A stretch of DNA of 64,000 nucleotides from an uncultured virus (IMG/VR IMGVR_UViG_3300038461_000154) (lineage: Duplodnaviria > Heunggongvirae > Uroviricota > Caudoviricetes): IMG/VR virus record IMGVR_UViG_3300038461_000154; one strand, 5' to 3'. A program made the translations under genes and the position numbers. The notes under the pieces were generated by a model. That model ran no database searches and was not told where the DNA came from. It saw only the letters and a program-made list of their open reading frames with translations. This document shows, one piece after another, positions 17,786-27,345 of this stretch (positions within the stretch are counted from its first letter, which is position 1; each line of letters begins with the position of its first letter).

Positions 17786-18142
17786 TTACGGCCAAAGTTT
17801 CTTTTCAACCGGACATCCACGCGATTTCTTCCATTCCAAAACAGGATGACCACGTGTTTTGCGAATTGGATGTTTCTCAGATGGAACAATCTGACTTTCA
17901 GGCTCTTTGATGGCTTCTTTGTAATACTTGACTTCTTTCTTACGTTGTTTGTTGGGCATCAGTTCCTTCACCAGCGCCCAAAAGCGGTTGTTGCTTAACT
18001 GACCCACATTGGCCTCTATTAGCTGTAGGTTGACTGTGTACCAACCTTTTTGCAGCCACTTGAAAACAATGTCCTTCTTTAGTTCTGAACATCGTTGGTT
18101 GTCTTCCTTTGAACGACCTTTCCTGCCCCACTTTCTTTCCAT
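17786..18142 (-). CDS. Hypothetical basic protein
   Basis: RBS AAGGAG before ATG 18142; ends at the hairpin. Confidence 0.55.
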   Translation of the reverse strand: MERKWGRKGRSKEDNQRCSELKKDIVFKWLQKGWYTVNLQLIEANVGQLSNNRFWALVKELMPNKQRKKEVKYYKEAIKEPESQIVPSEKHPIRKTRGHPVLEWKKSRGCPVEKKLWP

Positions 18143-18277
18143 GTGCTTCTCCTTCTCTTTGTTCCCTACCGCAGCCCCACCAAGGACTGCCAAATCCCGA
18201 ATCACGTCATATCACGAAAAAACAATTTTGCAATATTTTTCTGAAAAATCCCATATCCCTAACAATTTCTTGCCACT

Positions 18278-18286
18278 TTGACGATA
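18278..18286 (+). promoter_or_regulatory. TTGACGATA promoter motif
   Basis: TTGACGA-TACATT then AGGAG. Confidence 0.7.
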
Positions 18287-18303
18287 CATTCAACAGGAGA
18301 TAA

Positions 18304-18585
18304 ATGACGAGTTTGCGGAGAAGAAATAGAATGACACCCGAAGAAAATAAAGTTGTAGAACGCTGTATTGCGCTATCTGCAAAGAAGATTCCAATGTCTG
18401 CAAAGAATTATTGCTGGATTGTAAATTCAGCGGGTCAAGGATTATGTGCATCTTGTGATAAGTTCTGGACTGACAACGGCGACATGACACGAATGATTGA
18501 TAGAGAATTTGCCGAAAAATTGTTCCACGATTTTCCCAAACTCTTTGAAGGTTGTGATATAAAGACTTATAATTGGAATAGTTAG
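18304..18585 (+). CDS. Hypothetical protein
   Basis: ORF after promoter; start may be 18331. Confidence 0.65.
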   Translation: MTSLRRRNRMTPEENKVVERCIALSAKKIPMSAKNYCWIVNSAGQGLCASCDKFWTDNGDMTRMIDREFAEKLFHDFPKLFEGCDIKTYNWNS

Positions 18586-18603
18586 CCAAAAAGGATTGAC
18601 AAA

Positions 18604-18948
18604 ATGGAAAAAATGTATACGATTGCTACCTTGTGGTTCGATGTGCCTGAGAAGCATGAAATTCTACGTGCTCAGTTCATCAAAGAATGGCAAGAAGTCA
18701 TGAAGGGACAATTAAGCAAAAACCCTAACGATACCGATGAATTAGCAAGGACAGCAGTATTGGGAACTGGTTTGTGGGCAATACTTGGGTTTGCTAATTG
18801 TCCTGGCTATTTTAGTTACTTCGGTCATAATTGGGCAGACCAATCAGAAATTTGGGAATACGGCTTGAAGAAACTTTATGAATACAAAAATGGGCCAATG
18901 AGTGACTGGACTTTTATGACTCGTCCTTTTAGCCATAAGGAGTGGTAA
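18604..18948 (+). CDS. Hypothetical protein
   Basis: RBS AAGGA. Confidence 0.7.
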   Translation: MEKMYTIATLWFDVPEKHEILRAQFIKEWQEVMKGQLSKNPNDTDELARTAVLGTGLWAILGFANCPGYFSYFGHNWADQSEIWEYGLKKLYEYKNGPMSDWTFMTRPFSHKEW

Positions 18949-18954
18949 TCAAAA

Positions 18955-20718
18955 ATGAAGCTCGCTACAGAAGACTGTATTGCCAAGATTGTTGACTACT
19001 TCAAGAGCCAAACCAAAGTTCCTTTTGATAAGGCTGCTTTGATGGACCCGAAGCAATGGAAGCGTATTAAGAAGAGCGGGAACAAGAAAGACGGCTTCAT
19101 TCGTCTGTTTGTTCATCGCGGCCTTGACGACACCTGTAACAAAGCCAACGTGAACAATCTTGACGTACAGTGGGTATTTGTGGTGAAGTCTACTGAAACA
19201 GATATCACTGAACTGCATCCTGCTGCGCTTGTGGCTGGCAAGCTAGTAGAGAAGCAAGAAGATTTCCCTTCATTCTTGCCGATTAAAGGCGAGAAAGATG
19301 AGGCTCCCGAAGTTGATTTCATTAAAGAGCTTGCTGAGAGTCCTGAAACGCTGCCCACGAAGAAAAAGAAGGTGTACTACTTTGAACTTTGCCCTCCAAT
19401 GTATAACTTTCCTAGCAAATTTGACAGCATTCCAATAGTCCAAATTGTCTCAAAAACGTATTGGGAAAAGCATCACGGATTTGATGATAGCATTACTTCA
19501 GAGAATACAGAATTACCTGAAGGATTTTGTGACGGCGATGACGGCCATTTTGAATATGAAGGCACCAAAGAAGAAGCCACAGAGAAACTTTTGAAGGCCG
19601 GATTTGTACCGTTGCCAAAATGTAATTGCAAAGACTGCAACAATTGGCGACGTAATGAAAACAACAATCCTGTTCCAAATCCGCAAAATTCTAATTCTGC
19701 CAATACGGTTCAGAACAAGAATATTAAGCATCCTACATTGGCCGAACTGAAAGCCAATCCTATCACTGTGCCACTTGGTCTACAGCCGAATAAGAAAGAA
19801 GATTTGAGTGGACGTGTGATTTATGATTTGGGCGGCGATGGTTTGAAATGCCGTAATATCTCATTCCATTGTGGACCGGAACAGGAAGACGGCGCACTTG
19901 ATGACCGCGAAGGTGGTTTTGGAAATGATGAAAGGCTTGAAAAACTGTTTGCTGATTTTGGCAAGCATATCTTTATTGGTGCTGCCGAAAATTATCACAC
20001 AGCTAAATTGATTCCCGGTATTTCGGCTAAAGAATTGTGGGAAGTGATTGTAGAGCGTTTGAAGCGTAGCGGTGCCGTTCTTATGGAAGGCGGTCATGAC
20101 GGCAGTAATGAAGACGACGAAGATGACTATGATGAAGACGAAGAAGATGACGATAGCAATGATACGGAAGCCAAATTTCAAGTGAATGCGTTTGACGGCA
20201 AAGTATCGGTTCAATTTTACGTGCCAGCAGAAGGTGAATATCTTGACAAAGCTGCGCTGTCAAATCTTAACATTCCTTCGTCCAAGTTCTCTGTTCCAAT
20301 GCTTAATCCTTGTGGCATTGCTTATCTGGACTTCAATGGCGCGGTTGCTGATTGTAAGACGCTTCTGATTTCATACGGCTATCACGAATACTTTGCCGGT
20401 TCAGAAGAGCGCAAGTTGGCAGAGCAGATTAAAAATGCCAAGTTCAATGCCGCTGATTGGGTTTTCGGTTTCAAGGCAGACGAAGGCGAATACGGAGAAG
20501 GCTACATCTATCTCATTAAGAAAGCCTTTTGGGATAAAGAGAAATAGTATGACCCTGATGGACTTGATAATGAATTGGAGATTTACGGTTTCCCTGAAGA
20601 ATTCACTTGCGAACAAGAATCCTGTTACACATGGCAAGGTCAAGGCAAAAATAAAGCTGGCCTTGAATGGCTCCGCAATAGTGGCATCAAAGAAGTAAAG
20701 CTGACACATAAGAGTTAG
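18955..20718 (+). CDS. Large acidic protein with internal domain repeats, interrupted by in-frame TAG at 20545-20547
   Basis: 530-aa ORF; the frame stays open for 56 codons after the TAG and completes a repeat. Confidence 0.7.
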
Positions 20719-20731
20719 AATATACATGGTA

Positions 20732-20907
20732 CATACAGAGTAATACAATCTAATATATGTTAGTAAAATGTGCCAATATGCAAAACCCTATGTTTATGAT
20801 TTTGTAAAGCAATAACCTATAAGGACTTAGTAATCATAAATTCTGTGCGGCATTTGATGCTTTTCTAAGATATACTAGACTGTATTATTATGTATGTACT
20901 CTGTATG
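20732..20907. repeat. AT-rich non-coding element with imperfect terminal inverted repeats
   Basis: CATACAGAGTA 20732-42 / TACTCTGTATG 20897-907; 20741-58 vs 20870-87 (2 mismatches); contains TAAAGC-N13-GACTTA. Confidence 0.5.
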
Positions 20908-20911
20908 CAAT

Positions 20912-21142
20912 CTAAAGGCAGATGACGTGTTCAAGTTCGTAAGGACAATACTTTGGCGGTGAACCAAGAATAGAAATGTGTCCATGATTTACGCAATAAA
21001 CTTGTTGTCTCTCGTTCCAATATCGCTCGTCTTCTTTGCCCCACCAATCTTCTGGATTTTCCATAACAATTTCACCAACTTCATCGTTAATACCACGAAA
21101 GTTGGCAATCGTGCATCGCTTGCATACTTCTTTACTCAGCAT
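20912..21142 (-). CDS. MLNK/CPYxLE family member
   Basis: MLSKEVCKRC...PPKYCPYELEH. Confidence 0.85.
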   Translation of the reverse strand: MLSKEVCKRCTIANFRGINDEVGEIVMENPEDWWGKEDERYWNERQQVYCVNHGHISILGSPPKYCPYELEHVICL

Positions 21143-21160
21143 GACGATTCCTTAAAAACG

Positions 21161-21391
21161 CTATTTCAGATTCACCGTTTGTTCAAGGAAGTATGGACAA
21201 TCTCTTGGTATACGATTGTCACATATAACCTCTGTCAAATAGGCATTGTTTGGTTGCGAGAAACAACACGCCGGGAGCTTAGTTTTTTTCCAAGTGTCGT
21301 CAAAGTAATGTTCAGCTTCACGCTTTATGATGAAGCGCCTTTGTGTTTCCAAAAAGCACTTACGACAAATTTTACGGTTTAGCACAAGCAT
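21161..21391 (-). CDS. MLNK/CPYxLE family member
   Basis: LNRKICRKC...PRDCPYFLEQ. Confidence 0.85.
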   Translation of the reverse strand: MLVLNRKICRKCFLETQRRFIIKREAEHYFDDTWKKTKLPACCFSQPNNAYLTEVICDNRIPRDCPYFLEQTVNLK

Positions 21392-21560
21392 TTTCTTCGT
21401 AAACCCTATGTCTCTCTAAAATTTTGACACAATCAGAACAGAGCTTCAAGGAAGGGTCTTTATCGTACTTCCCCTTTATGACTCTACCGCTGCCCACCCA
21501 TTGCTCGCCAACAGGTTTGCCACAAAGGCTCTTGTCTTCAGCAACAATGTGTATTTTCAT
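21372..21560 (-). CDS. Small H..LCG..CxxC zinc-finger protein
   Basis: IHI...SLCG...LCSDC. Confidence 0.65.
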   Translation of the reverse strand: MKIHIVAEDKSLCGKPVGEQWVGSGRVIKGKYDKDPSLKLCSDCVKILERHRVYEENACAKP

Positions 21561-21790
21561 CTATGTGCCTCACAAGTATGAGTGTCACTACAGGTACACA
21601 CATAATCATATTCACCCATTTGTGCCAATACCGCATCGCGCACTCTTTCGTAACGCTTGTTGTATTTGTCTAGTCTTGCTCTGTTTGCTGGATTGCATGA
21701 TGACATCCACACATGCCAAGCTACTTCAAGTCTGCATGATATCTTTTCAAACAGATTAAGCAATTTTTCATTCCGACTCAGCTTTTCCAT
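21557..21790 (-). CDS. Hypothetical protein
   Basis: RBS AAGGAG before ATG 21790. Confidence 0.65.
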   Translation of the reverse strand: MEKLSRNEKLLNLFEKISCRLEVAWHVWMSSCNPANRARLDKYNKRYERVRDAVLAQMGEYDYVCTCSDTHTCEAHR

Positions 21791-21801
21791 CTTGTTCTCC
21801 T

Positions 21802-22068
21802 TTAAGCATCTACCGTATGTTCTGTAATGTACGGGCATTCTTCCGGTACTTGAAAATCTTCATTGTAATCAGCAGTGCCATCTAAACCTAAATCGTCATT
21901 CAGAACCCCAATAGTAATGATGGTTTTGTGGTAACTGTTTTTTATATCTTCGACTGTATCCCATTCCCCGTATGCTTTGCGGCAAAAGAAAATTACTTGT
22001 ACAACCCCTTCGCTTGTAAATTTCTGAAAGTCTAGTTCTTTACACTTTTTGCATACACTCTGTTTCAT
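21802..22068 (-). CDS. MLNK/CPYxLE family member
   Basis: SVCKKC...PEECPYITEH. Confidence 0.8.
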   Translation of the reverse strand: MKQSVCKKCKELDFQKFTSEGVVQVIFFCRKAYGEWDTVEDIKNSYHKTIITIGVLNDDLGLDGTADYNEDFQVPEECPYITEHTVDA

Positions 22069-22321
22069 TACTCTGCCCCTCTAATACCTGCTCAAGTATA
22101 TACGGACACCTTGACATTATACGCTCATTTCCTTTCTCTGTTTTTCTTTTGCTCGTCCAACTGTAACTTCCGTCAATTTCCATTGTGGCTTCTAATACCG
22201 GGCACCATATCGTGGCATATTTTTTCCAATTACTGTTAAACAATTCCTCAGAAAAACTACCCCGTATCTCATCGAAGTGTCTTTTGTTGCACTCTAAACA
22301 TATCTCATATAGCAGTTTCAT
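22040..22321 (-). CDS. MLNK/CPYxLE family member
   Basis: YEICLEC...RCPYILEQ. Confidence 0.85.
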   Translation of the reverse strand: MKLLYEICLECNKRHFDEIRGSFSEELFNSNWKKYATIWCPVLEATMEIDGSYSWTSKRKTEKGNERIMSRCPYILEQVLEGQSNETECMQKV

Positions 22322-22584
22322 TGGCTCACCGTATGCTCCAAAAAGTAAGGGCATTTCTCTGGTATCGGGTCAAAAATGTTTAGATTCCCGTTTATTACAG
22401 AAAACGCCTTGTTTTTGGTGTTGCATCTTCTTGAAATCCAAAGATGTTGCAAACAAGCAGCACACCAAATCAAGTTACATTCCCAACGAGCTTCAAAGGC
22501 ATTATCAGCATTCAAAGACAATGAGAGATACCCTTCTTGCTCCAAACGAAGCCAACACTTCCGGCATATCTCTTTGTTAAGCAT
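22318..22584 (-). CDS. MLNK/CPYxLE family member
   Basis: MLNKEICRKC...PEKCPYFLEH. Confidence 0.85.
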   Translation of the reverse strand: MLNKEICRKCWLRLEQEGYLSLSLNADNAFEARWECNLIWCAACLQHLWISRRCNTKNKAFSVINGNLNIFDPIPEKCPYFLEHTVSQ

Positions 22585-22811
22585 GTGACACCATATGTTC
22601 CAAAAGATAGGGGCATGTCTCTGGCGGTGGTTCTTCTATTGGCCGAAGCATAAACAAATGTCCATCCACCATCGGGAAATGCTCACAATGCACTTGCCCA
22701 TCTCTCCAATCAAGGTCAAACATATACACAGAAAATTCACGATTTTTCCCTTTTCTAAAATAGTATTCCATGTAACACTTGAAACAAAGTTCTTTATTCT
22801 TTATTCTTCAT
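22577..22811 (-). pseudogene. Family member frameshifted by a 7-bp tandem duplication
   Basis: ATG AAG AATAAAG AATAAAG AA CTT TGT; removing one copy restores MKNKELCFKC...PPETCPYLLEH. Confidence 0.8.
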
Positions 22812-23101
22812 TCGTCGTCTTCTTGTAATATCGTCTTCTTACAATGAGGGCATTTTACATCAATGCTCTTTGGAAGTACAGCTATAGTTTTTTGAGCCTT
22901 CCGCGTCAGCAATGTGTTATTCGCACCCAAGATAGACTTCTTGCCTAAACCAACAATGCCACAATCTAGCTCGCCAGCCATCTTCCACAATATCTTGCGC
23001 TGCTTATCGCTATTGCCTTCTTTCAAAGCACACCCAAACAAATACGCGGCTACGTATTTGCACATGGGGATAATTTCTTCGATTGTTTGACTGTTCTTCA
23101 C
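22808..23101 (-). CDS. Hypothetical protein with C-terminal CPHC
   Basis: GTGA overlap start, RBS AAGGAG. Confidence 0.6.
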   Translation of the reverse strand: MKNSQTIEEIIPMCKYVAAYLFGCALKEGNSDKQRKILWKMAGELDCGIVGLGKKSILGANNTLLTRKAQKTIAVLPKSIDVKCPHCKKTILQEDDE

Positions 23102-23367
23102 GTTGTAGCTCCTTCTAAAGTGTGTTCCAAAACGTAAGGGCACTGGCGTATCAATTTTTCGTTTTGTGCATCGTCAAATGTCAACAGAGTGCTTTGCGCA
23201 TTCTCTCTATTTTTCATCCAAGCTTGTTGTTTCTCGCACCACAAAATACCAAACTCTTTCCAATCATAGCGGAACACTTCTGTATATTGTTTAATACCAC
23301 CACAGTCATATTTGTGGCGTGTTCGTAGGCAACATCGTAAACAGATATTTTTATTTAGATAAGTCAT
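23098..23367 (-). CDS. MLNK/CPYxLE family member
   Basis: LNKNICLRC...QCPYVLEH. Confidence 0.85.
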   Translation of the reverse strand: MTYLNKNICLRCCLRTRHKYDCGGIKQYTEVFRYDWKEFGILWCEKQQAWMKNRENAQSTLLTFDDAQNEKLIRQCPYVLEHTLEGATT

Positions 23368-23600
23368 TGCCCTATCACATGCTCCAAAAAATAAGGGCAA
23401 TCTTTTGTCAAATCTTCATCACTCTTGTAGTAGAAATATCTCCACCTCTTTAGCGTTTCACAATATACCTCACCCCGCGTCCAATTTTTATCAAAATACA
23501 TCCTGAATGATGATTCGCTTGCTTCATAGAATTCATATTTATTAACTCTTGCGGTTTTTACAACGCATCTCCAACAAAGCTCTTTATTAAGCACCAGCAT
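23364..23600 (-). CDS. MLNK/CPYxLE family member
   Basis: LNKELCWRC...DCPYFLEH. Confidence 0.85.
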   Translation of the reverse strand: MLVLNKELCWRCVVKTARVNKYEFYEASESSFRMYFDKNWTRGEVYCETLKRWRYFYYKSDEDLTKDCPYFLEHVIGQ

Positions 23601-23889
23601 TGACTGTATGCTCCACAATGTACGGACACTCGCCAAGCAACTTCTCATTTACTGTATCGTCAAAAAGACCACTTCCTGCGTCATAAAAAATGTCACCCGG
23701 CTTTGTTTTTCGTTCTCTCACCTTTCCTTTTATCCGTATCCATCTCTCTCTAGCCTCACACCACATCTGGCCATGAGTTTCCCAATCCTCATTAAATATC
23801 TTCACATATGTTGCCCGTTCAACTTCCATATGTTGGGGGGTAGCTCTTACCTTCTGGCAACAGTGTAAGCAAATCTCTTTGTTTAACAT
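23587..23889 (-). CDS. MLNK/CPYxLE family member
   Basis: MLNKEICLHC...ECPYIVEH. Confidence 0.85.
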   Translation of the reverse strand: MLNKEICLHCCQKVRATPQHMEVERATYVKIFNEDWETHGQMWCEARERWIRIKGKVRERKTKPGDIFYDAGSGLFDDTVNEKLLGECPYIVEHTVNAGA

Positions 23890-24146
23890 GACACAGTATG
23901 CTCCAACAAATACGGGCATTTGTTAAGCATTGATAAATAAACTTGTCGTACTGATTCATCTGCTTTTGTATGCCCCTTCTTTTCAAGATGTTTGAAAGCT
24001 ATGTGCACTTCCCATCTCGTGCACCAAACTGTTCCTTTTTCCCAATCTTCATCGAAGTCTTTTTCTAAATCAAAATATAATCGGAGACTTCTGTTCCGTT
24101 TCTCATTCTTTTTTTGGCATTGTCTACATACCTCTTTGTTAAGCAT
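23883..24146 (-). CDS. MLNK/CPYxLE family member
   Basis: MLNKEVCRQC...KCPYLLEH. Confidence 0.85.
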   Translation of the reverse strand: MLNKEVCRQCQKKNEKRNRSLRLYFDLEKDFDEDWEKGTVWCTRWEVHIAFKHLEKKGHTKADESVRQVYLSMLNKCPYLLEHTVSC

Positions 24147-24375
24147 TGACAATGTGCTCCAAGTAATACGGGCATTTTTCAAGCAACTCACTGTCCTTCA
24201 CTTCTTTCAATCCAAAATTCAAATTCCACAAACCACATAAAAGCATTCCGGCGCTCCAATCATCGTCAAAATCATGCCTTTGCGCCCATATATTATCTTC
24301 CTTATGCCTTTGTTCAATATCTGCAATATTCTTTTTTCGTACAGAACATTGCCTGCATACTTCTTTATTTAGCAT
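24139..24375 (-). CDS. MLNK/CPYxLE family member
   Basis: MLNKEVCRQC...KCPYYLEH. Confidence 0.85.
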   Translation of the reverse strand: MLNKEVCRQCSVRKKNIADIEQRHKEDNIWAQRHDFDDDWSAGMLLCGLWNLNFGLKEVKDSELLEKCPYYLEHIVNA

Positions 24376-24593
24376 GACACAATATGCTCCAAAATGTATG
24401 GACAGTCATCAGGCGGCATTGTTTTTGGTAGCGATGTGTTTGGACACGTATGTTGTCCTTTTTTCCAAGCACTATCAAAACCAGAATTAAAATCAATGTT
24501 AATGCCTTGGAAACTTGAACGATACTTTTTCACATACTTGGCAACAAGCGTCTCAAAAAAACACTTCCGACATATCTCTTTGTTCGGTTTCAT
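24369..24593 (-). CDS. MLNK/CPYxLE family member
   Basis: NKEICRKC...PPDDCPYILEH. Confidence 0.85.
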   Translation of the reverse strand: MKPNKEICRKCFFETLVAKYVKKYRSSFQGINIDFNSGFDSAWKKGQHTCPNTSLPKTMPPDDCPYILEHIVSC

Positions 24594-24895
24594 ATTACGC
24601 CTTTCTGCGCAAACCTGTCTACATACTCGTAATCGCTTTTGCCCTCCTGAACCACAAACAATTCTCCTGCACTGCTCAGCCGCACAAACAGCACATCCAT
24701 GTTTGGGAAGGAACGTATCTTGCCCCGCATTGTATATCTAATCTTGCTTTGAATCAGCTTCGCCACATGTTCACAAAACTTAATGTGCCGCTGCCGCTCT
24801 TCCTCTGTGCTGCCAATTTTAGGTTTGTAGGCAACCCGGTCTTTGGCAATGGTAAGCTTGTGTGCTGTCTTTTCGCCATCAATTGTGATTTTCAT
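24590..24895 (-). CDS. Hypothetical protein
   Basis: RBS GGAG before ATG 24895; promoter 24940-48. Confidence 0.65.
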   Translation of the reverse strand: MKITIDGEKTAHKLTIAKDRVAYKPKIGSTEEERQRHIKFCEHVAKLIQSKIRYTMRGKIRSFPNMDVLFVRLSSAGELFVVQEGKSDYEYVDRFAQKGVI

Positions 24896-24919
24896 GACTA
24901 TCTCCAAAAAGTCTTATCA

Positions 24920-25171
24920 TTACACCTTCTCCATCTTTGTATCGTCAAAAACCGCACTTTTTTCGTCTGTTAAAGCCAAAAGTTGCTCCAAAAGATACGG
25001 GCATCGGTCTGGTGGTTCTTCATACGACGGGAATTCGTTTTGAACGGAACAATAGACCGTGCCCCCTTCCCATTTGCCTTTGAAATACCCGGCCACAAAT
25101 TCCTTGCTTTGCACATTCAAAAATCCAATGTGGCCTTGAACACATTTCCAACAAATGGCTTTATTTAGCAC
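24920..25171 (-). CDS. MLNK/CPYxLE family member
   Basis: MLNKAICWKC...PPDRCPYLLEQ. Confidence 0.85.
   Translation of the reverse strand: MLNKAICWKCVQGHIGFLNVQSKEFVAGYFKGKWEGGTVYCSVQNEFPSYEEPPDRCPYLLEQLLALTDEKSAVFDDTKMEKV
24940..24948 (-). promoter_or_regulatory. TTGACGATA promoter motif
   Basis: Within the 3' end of the upstream gene, ahead of 24895. Confidence 0.6.
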
Positions 25172-25424
25172 ATTTCTTTCCTTTCATCAAGGTATGTTCC
25201 AAAATGAAAGGACACCAATCGGCTGGTTCTTTTCTCTCCCACTCATTCGTTTTTAGAGAATCATTTACTATCAATGTATAATTCGGTCCACAAAAAGTGT
25301 AACCATTTTCCCAATGGTCATTAAATCGGCGTTCTACATCTTCATATGAGGTATGAGGATTTTCACGTAGTTCTCTTGCTCTACGTTCTTGACGGCACCT
25401 CCAACAAAGATTCTTATCAAACAT
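25161..25424 (-). CDS. MLNK/CPYxLE family member
   Basis: MFDKNLCWRC...PADWCPFILEH. Confidence 0.85.
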   Translation of the reverse strand: MFDKNLCWRCRQERRARELRENPHTSYEDVERRFNDHWENGYTFCGPNYTLIVNDSLKTNEWERKEPADWCPFILEHTLMKGKKCAK

Positions 25425-25665
25425 GGTTCACTTCCTTCGCCGTTATAAGATGCTCCAAAATATACGGGCAATTTTTTGGCGGGGCAGTTTTGATATTCTT
25501 TAATGCATCAACTGCATCTTGAAGTGGATATGGGCAAATGATAAAGCCAATTTTCCAGGCTTGCTCAAAATTTGTCACCTTCTTGATTTTCTTTTTGCTA
25601 ATATAGAAAGCATAAGCCTGCGAATGCTTTTTTGTACATCGTTTGCAACATTCTTTGTTAAGCAC
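25417..25665 (-). CDS. MLNK/CPYxLE family member
   Basis: MLNKECCKRC...PPKNCPYILEH. Confidence 0.85.
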   Translation of the reverse strand: MLNKECCKRCTKKHSQAYAFYISKKKIKKVTNFEQAWKIGFIICPYPLQDAVDALKNIKTAPPKNCPYILEHLITAKEVNHV

Positions 25666-25879
25666 TGGATTTCCCTTTCGTCAGCACATGTTCCAAAAGG
25701 AAAGGGCACCAATCAGGAGGTTCGGTATACATTGATGAAAAAATAGACGGAAGTGTTTTACAGTTTCCAAACCCCTGTTCAAACACATGGTCTGGTCCAC
25801 AAAACGGATAGTCATTATGGCCTATACCTTTTACTTTGCGCTCTTTTCGACACTTCAAGCAAAGTTTCTTGTTAAACAT
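25658..25879 (-). CDS. MLNK/CPYxLE family member
   Basis: MFNKKLCLKC...PPDWCPFLLEH. Confidence 0.85.
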   Translation of the reverse strand: MFNKKLCLKCRKERKVKGIGHNDYPFCGPDHVFEQGFGNCKTLPSIFSSMYTEPPDWCPFLLEHVLTKGKSSA

Positions 25880-25921
25880 CGGCTTTCAACCTCTTTTCAC
25901 AATAGCCAATCCTACCGTTTG

Positions 25922-25930
25922 TATCGTCAA
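25922..25930 (-). promoter_or_regulatory. TTGACGATA promoter motif
   Basis: GTGATA-N20-TACAAA; ahead of ATG 25879. Confidence 0.7.
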
Positions 25931-26033
25931 AATACAGCCTTTTTATCACAAACCTCACCCAGAATGCCTTTATGCGGTAAAAGCTCACTACAGGCTTAGG
26001 AAATGGCCGCAAAAGGCATTTCTAGCCGTTGTT

Positions 26034-26288
26034 CTAAGCCTTTACTAGCTCATTTAATATGTTATCTTTTTCGTGTTCTATTAGGGTATGTTCTAAAAGG
26101 TAAGGGCAATCATTGGGTGGGCCTTTTCGTATGTCTGCATGATAATGCTGGTCGCGTTTGTAATTATGCTGGCACCAAACGAAGTGACTCTCATCTGACC
26201 AACTGAACCATTTATCAATGTTTACCGAATTTGGAACAGAAAGAGCGTATTGTCTTGAACACTTTTGACAAATTTCTTTGTTCAACAT
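26034..26288 (-). CDS. MLNK/CPYxLE family member
   Basis: MLNKEICQKC...PPNDCPYLLEH. Confidence 0.85.
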   Translation of the reverse strand: MLNKEICQKCSRQYALSVPNSVNIDKWFSWSDESHFVWCQHNYKRDQHYHADIRKGPPNDCPYLLEHTLIEHEKDNILNELVKA

Positions 26289-26291
26289 GAT

Positions 26292-26528
26292 TTACTTCTC
26301 ATCAAGCAACTGTTCCAAAACAAACGGGCAACCTTCTGGCGCTTCTGCATCCGGCAACAACTTATACTTCTTACGTGTTATAATTCCAATGGGATTTCCA
26401 AAATAGTTACCATCTAAAAAATTGCCATGTGTTTTTAAGGTGCAATAAATATGCTGTGGATAAAGATGTCCACGTTCAACACTAGTATGACTATGATTAC
26501 AAAGTTTGCAATATCTCAGATTCATCAT
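26292..26528 (-). CDS. MLNK/CPYxLE family member
   Basis: MMNLRYCKLC...PEGCPFVLEQ. Confidence 0.85.
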   Translation of the reverse strand: MMNLRYCKLCNHSHTSVERGHLYPQHIYCTLKTHGNFLDGNYFGNPIGIITRKKYKLLPDAEAPEGCPFVLEQLLDEK

Positions 26529-26734
26529 TGTCTCTCTAACAATTTTTCTAAAACGTATGGACAATCTTCTGGAGGTTGTATCTGATTGGTCTTTGAAGAA
26601 AACGACAATTCACCATAAGGCACCAAACAAACTTTTTTAGACTCGCGGAAACCTCTAAAGCCTTTGCTTTGGAAATGCAAATAAACTTGAGCACGAGAAC
26701 AAGCAATGCAAACCTTATTATGCTGTTTTTTCAT
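26525..26734 (-). CDS. MLNK/CPYxLE family member
   Basis: NKVCIAC...PPEDCPYVLEK. Confidence 0.85.
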   Translation of the reverse strand: MKKQHNKVCIACSRAQVYLHFQSKGFRGFRESKKVCLVPYGELSFSSKTNQIQPPEDCPYVLEKLLERQ

Positions 26735-27025
26735 CTATGCGTTCTCTAATAACAGCAATTGTTCTAAAAGAAACGGGCAAAAATTTGGTGGGGGTAGCAG
26801 CCACTCACCACGGATATATGCTTCTTTCAGTATACCCTTGTCAGGTAACTTATGTACGAAATCTTCTTCTTTCATCGTGAGTGTCCTTTTTGTAGTTTGG
26901 TTGCGCACAGAAGGACACCAAACCAAATGTCGTTTCCAATCGTATTCGTCTCCACCATTCCAAATACAACCAAATTCAATAACACATCGTTTACAAAGTT
27001 TTTTGTATAGCGAACTCATATTCAC
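26735..27025 (-). CDS. MLNK/CPYxLE family member
   Basis: KKLCKRC...PPNFCPFLLEQ. Confidence 0.85.
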   Translation of the reverse strand: MNMSSLYKKLCKRCVIEFGCIWNGGDEYDWKRHLVWCPSVRNQTTKRTLTMKEEDFVHKLPDKGILKEAYIRGEWLLPPPNFCPFLLEQLLLLENA

Positions 27026-27345
27026 ACTGCTTCCTCATTGACCGCATGTTCCAAAATATATGGACAATTTTCAGGCACTACAAATTGAGAATTGCGTTCG
27101 ATGAGAGTAAAGTTATTCAACGAATGCTGCCAAACCTGTACCGTCTGAGCTATTTCTTCCGCCTTCCATCCACCTTGTGGCGTCCATCCTAAATCGTATT
27201 TCAACCAACATTCATGTATGCAAAGCACTCTGTGGTGGATATCTTTATGAGGATATGACGGTTTAAGTTGTTCATAATGTCGGCATTGCTCACAAATAGC
27301 CAGCTTCTTTTCTTCTACTGTCATGTAAGCCTTTTTAGTAAGCAC
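27022..27345 (-). CDS. MLNK/CPYxLE family member
   Basis: AICEQC...PENCPYILEH. Confidence 0.85.
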   Translation of the reverse strand: MLTKKAYMTVEEKKLAICEQCRHYEQLKPSYPHKDIHHRVLCIHECWLKYDLGWTPQGGWKAEEIAQTVQVWQHSLNNFTLIERNSQFVVPENCPYILEHAVNEEAV

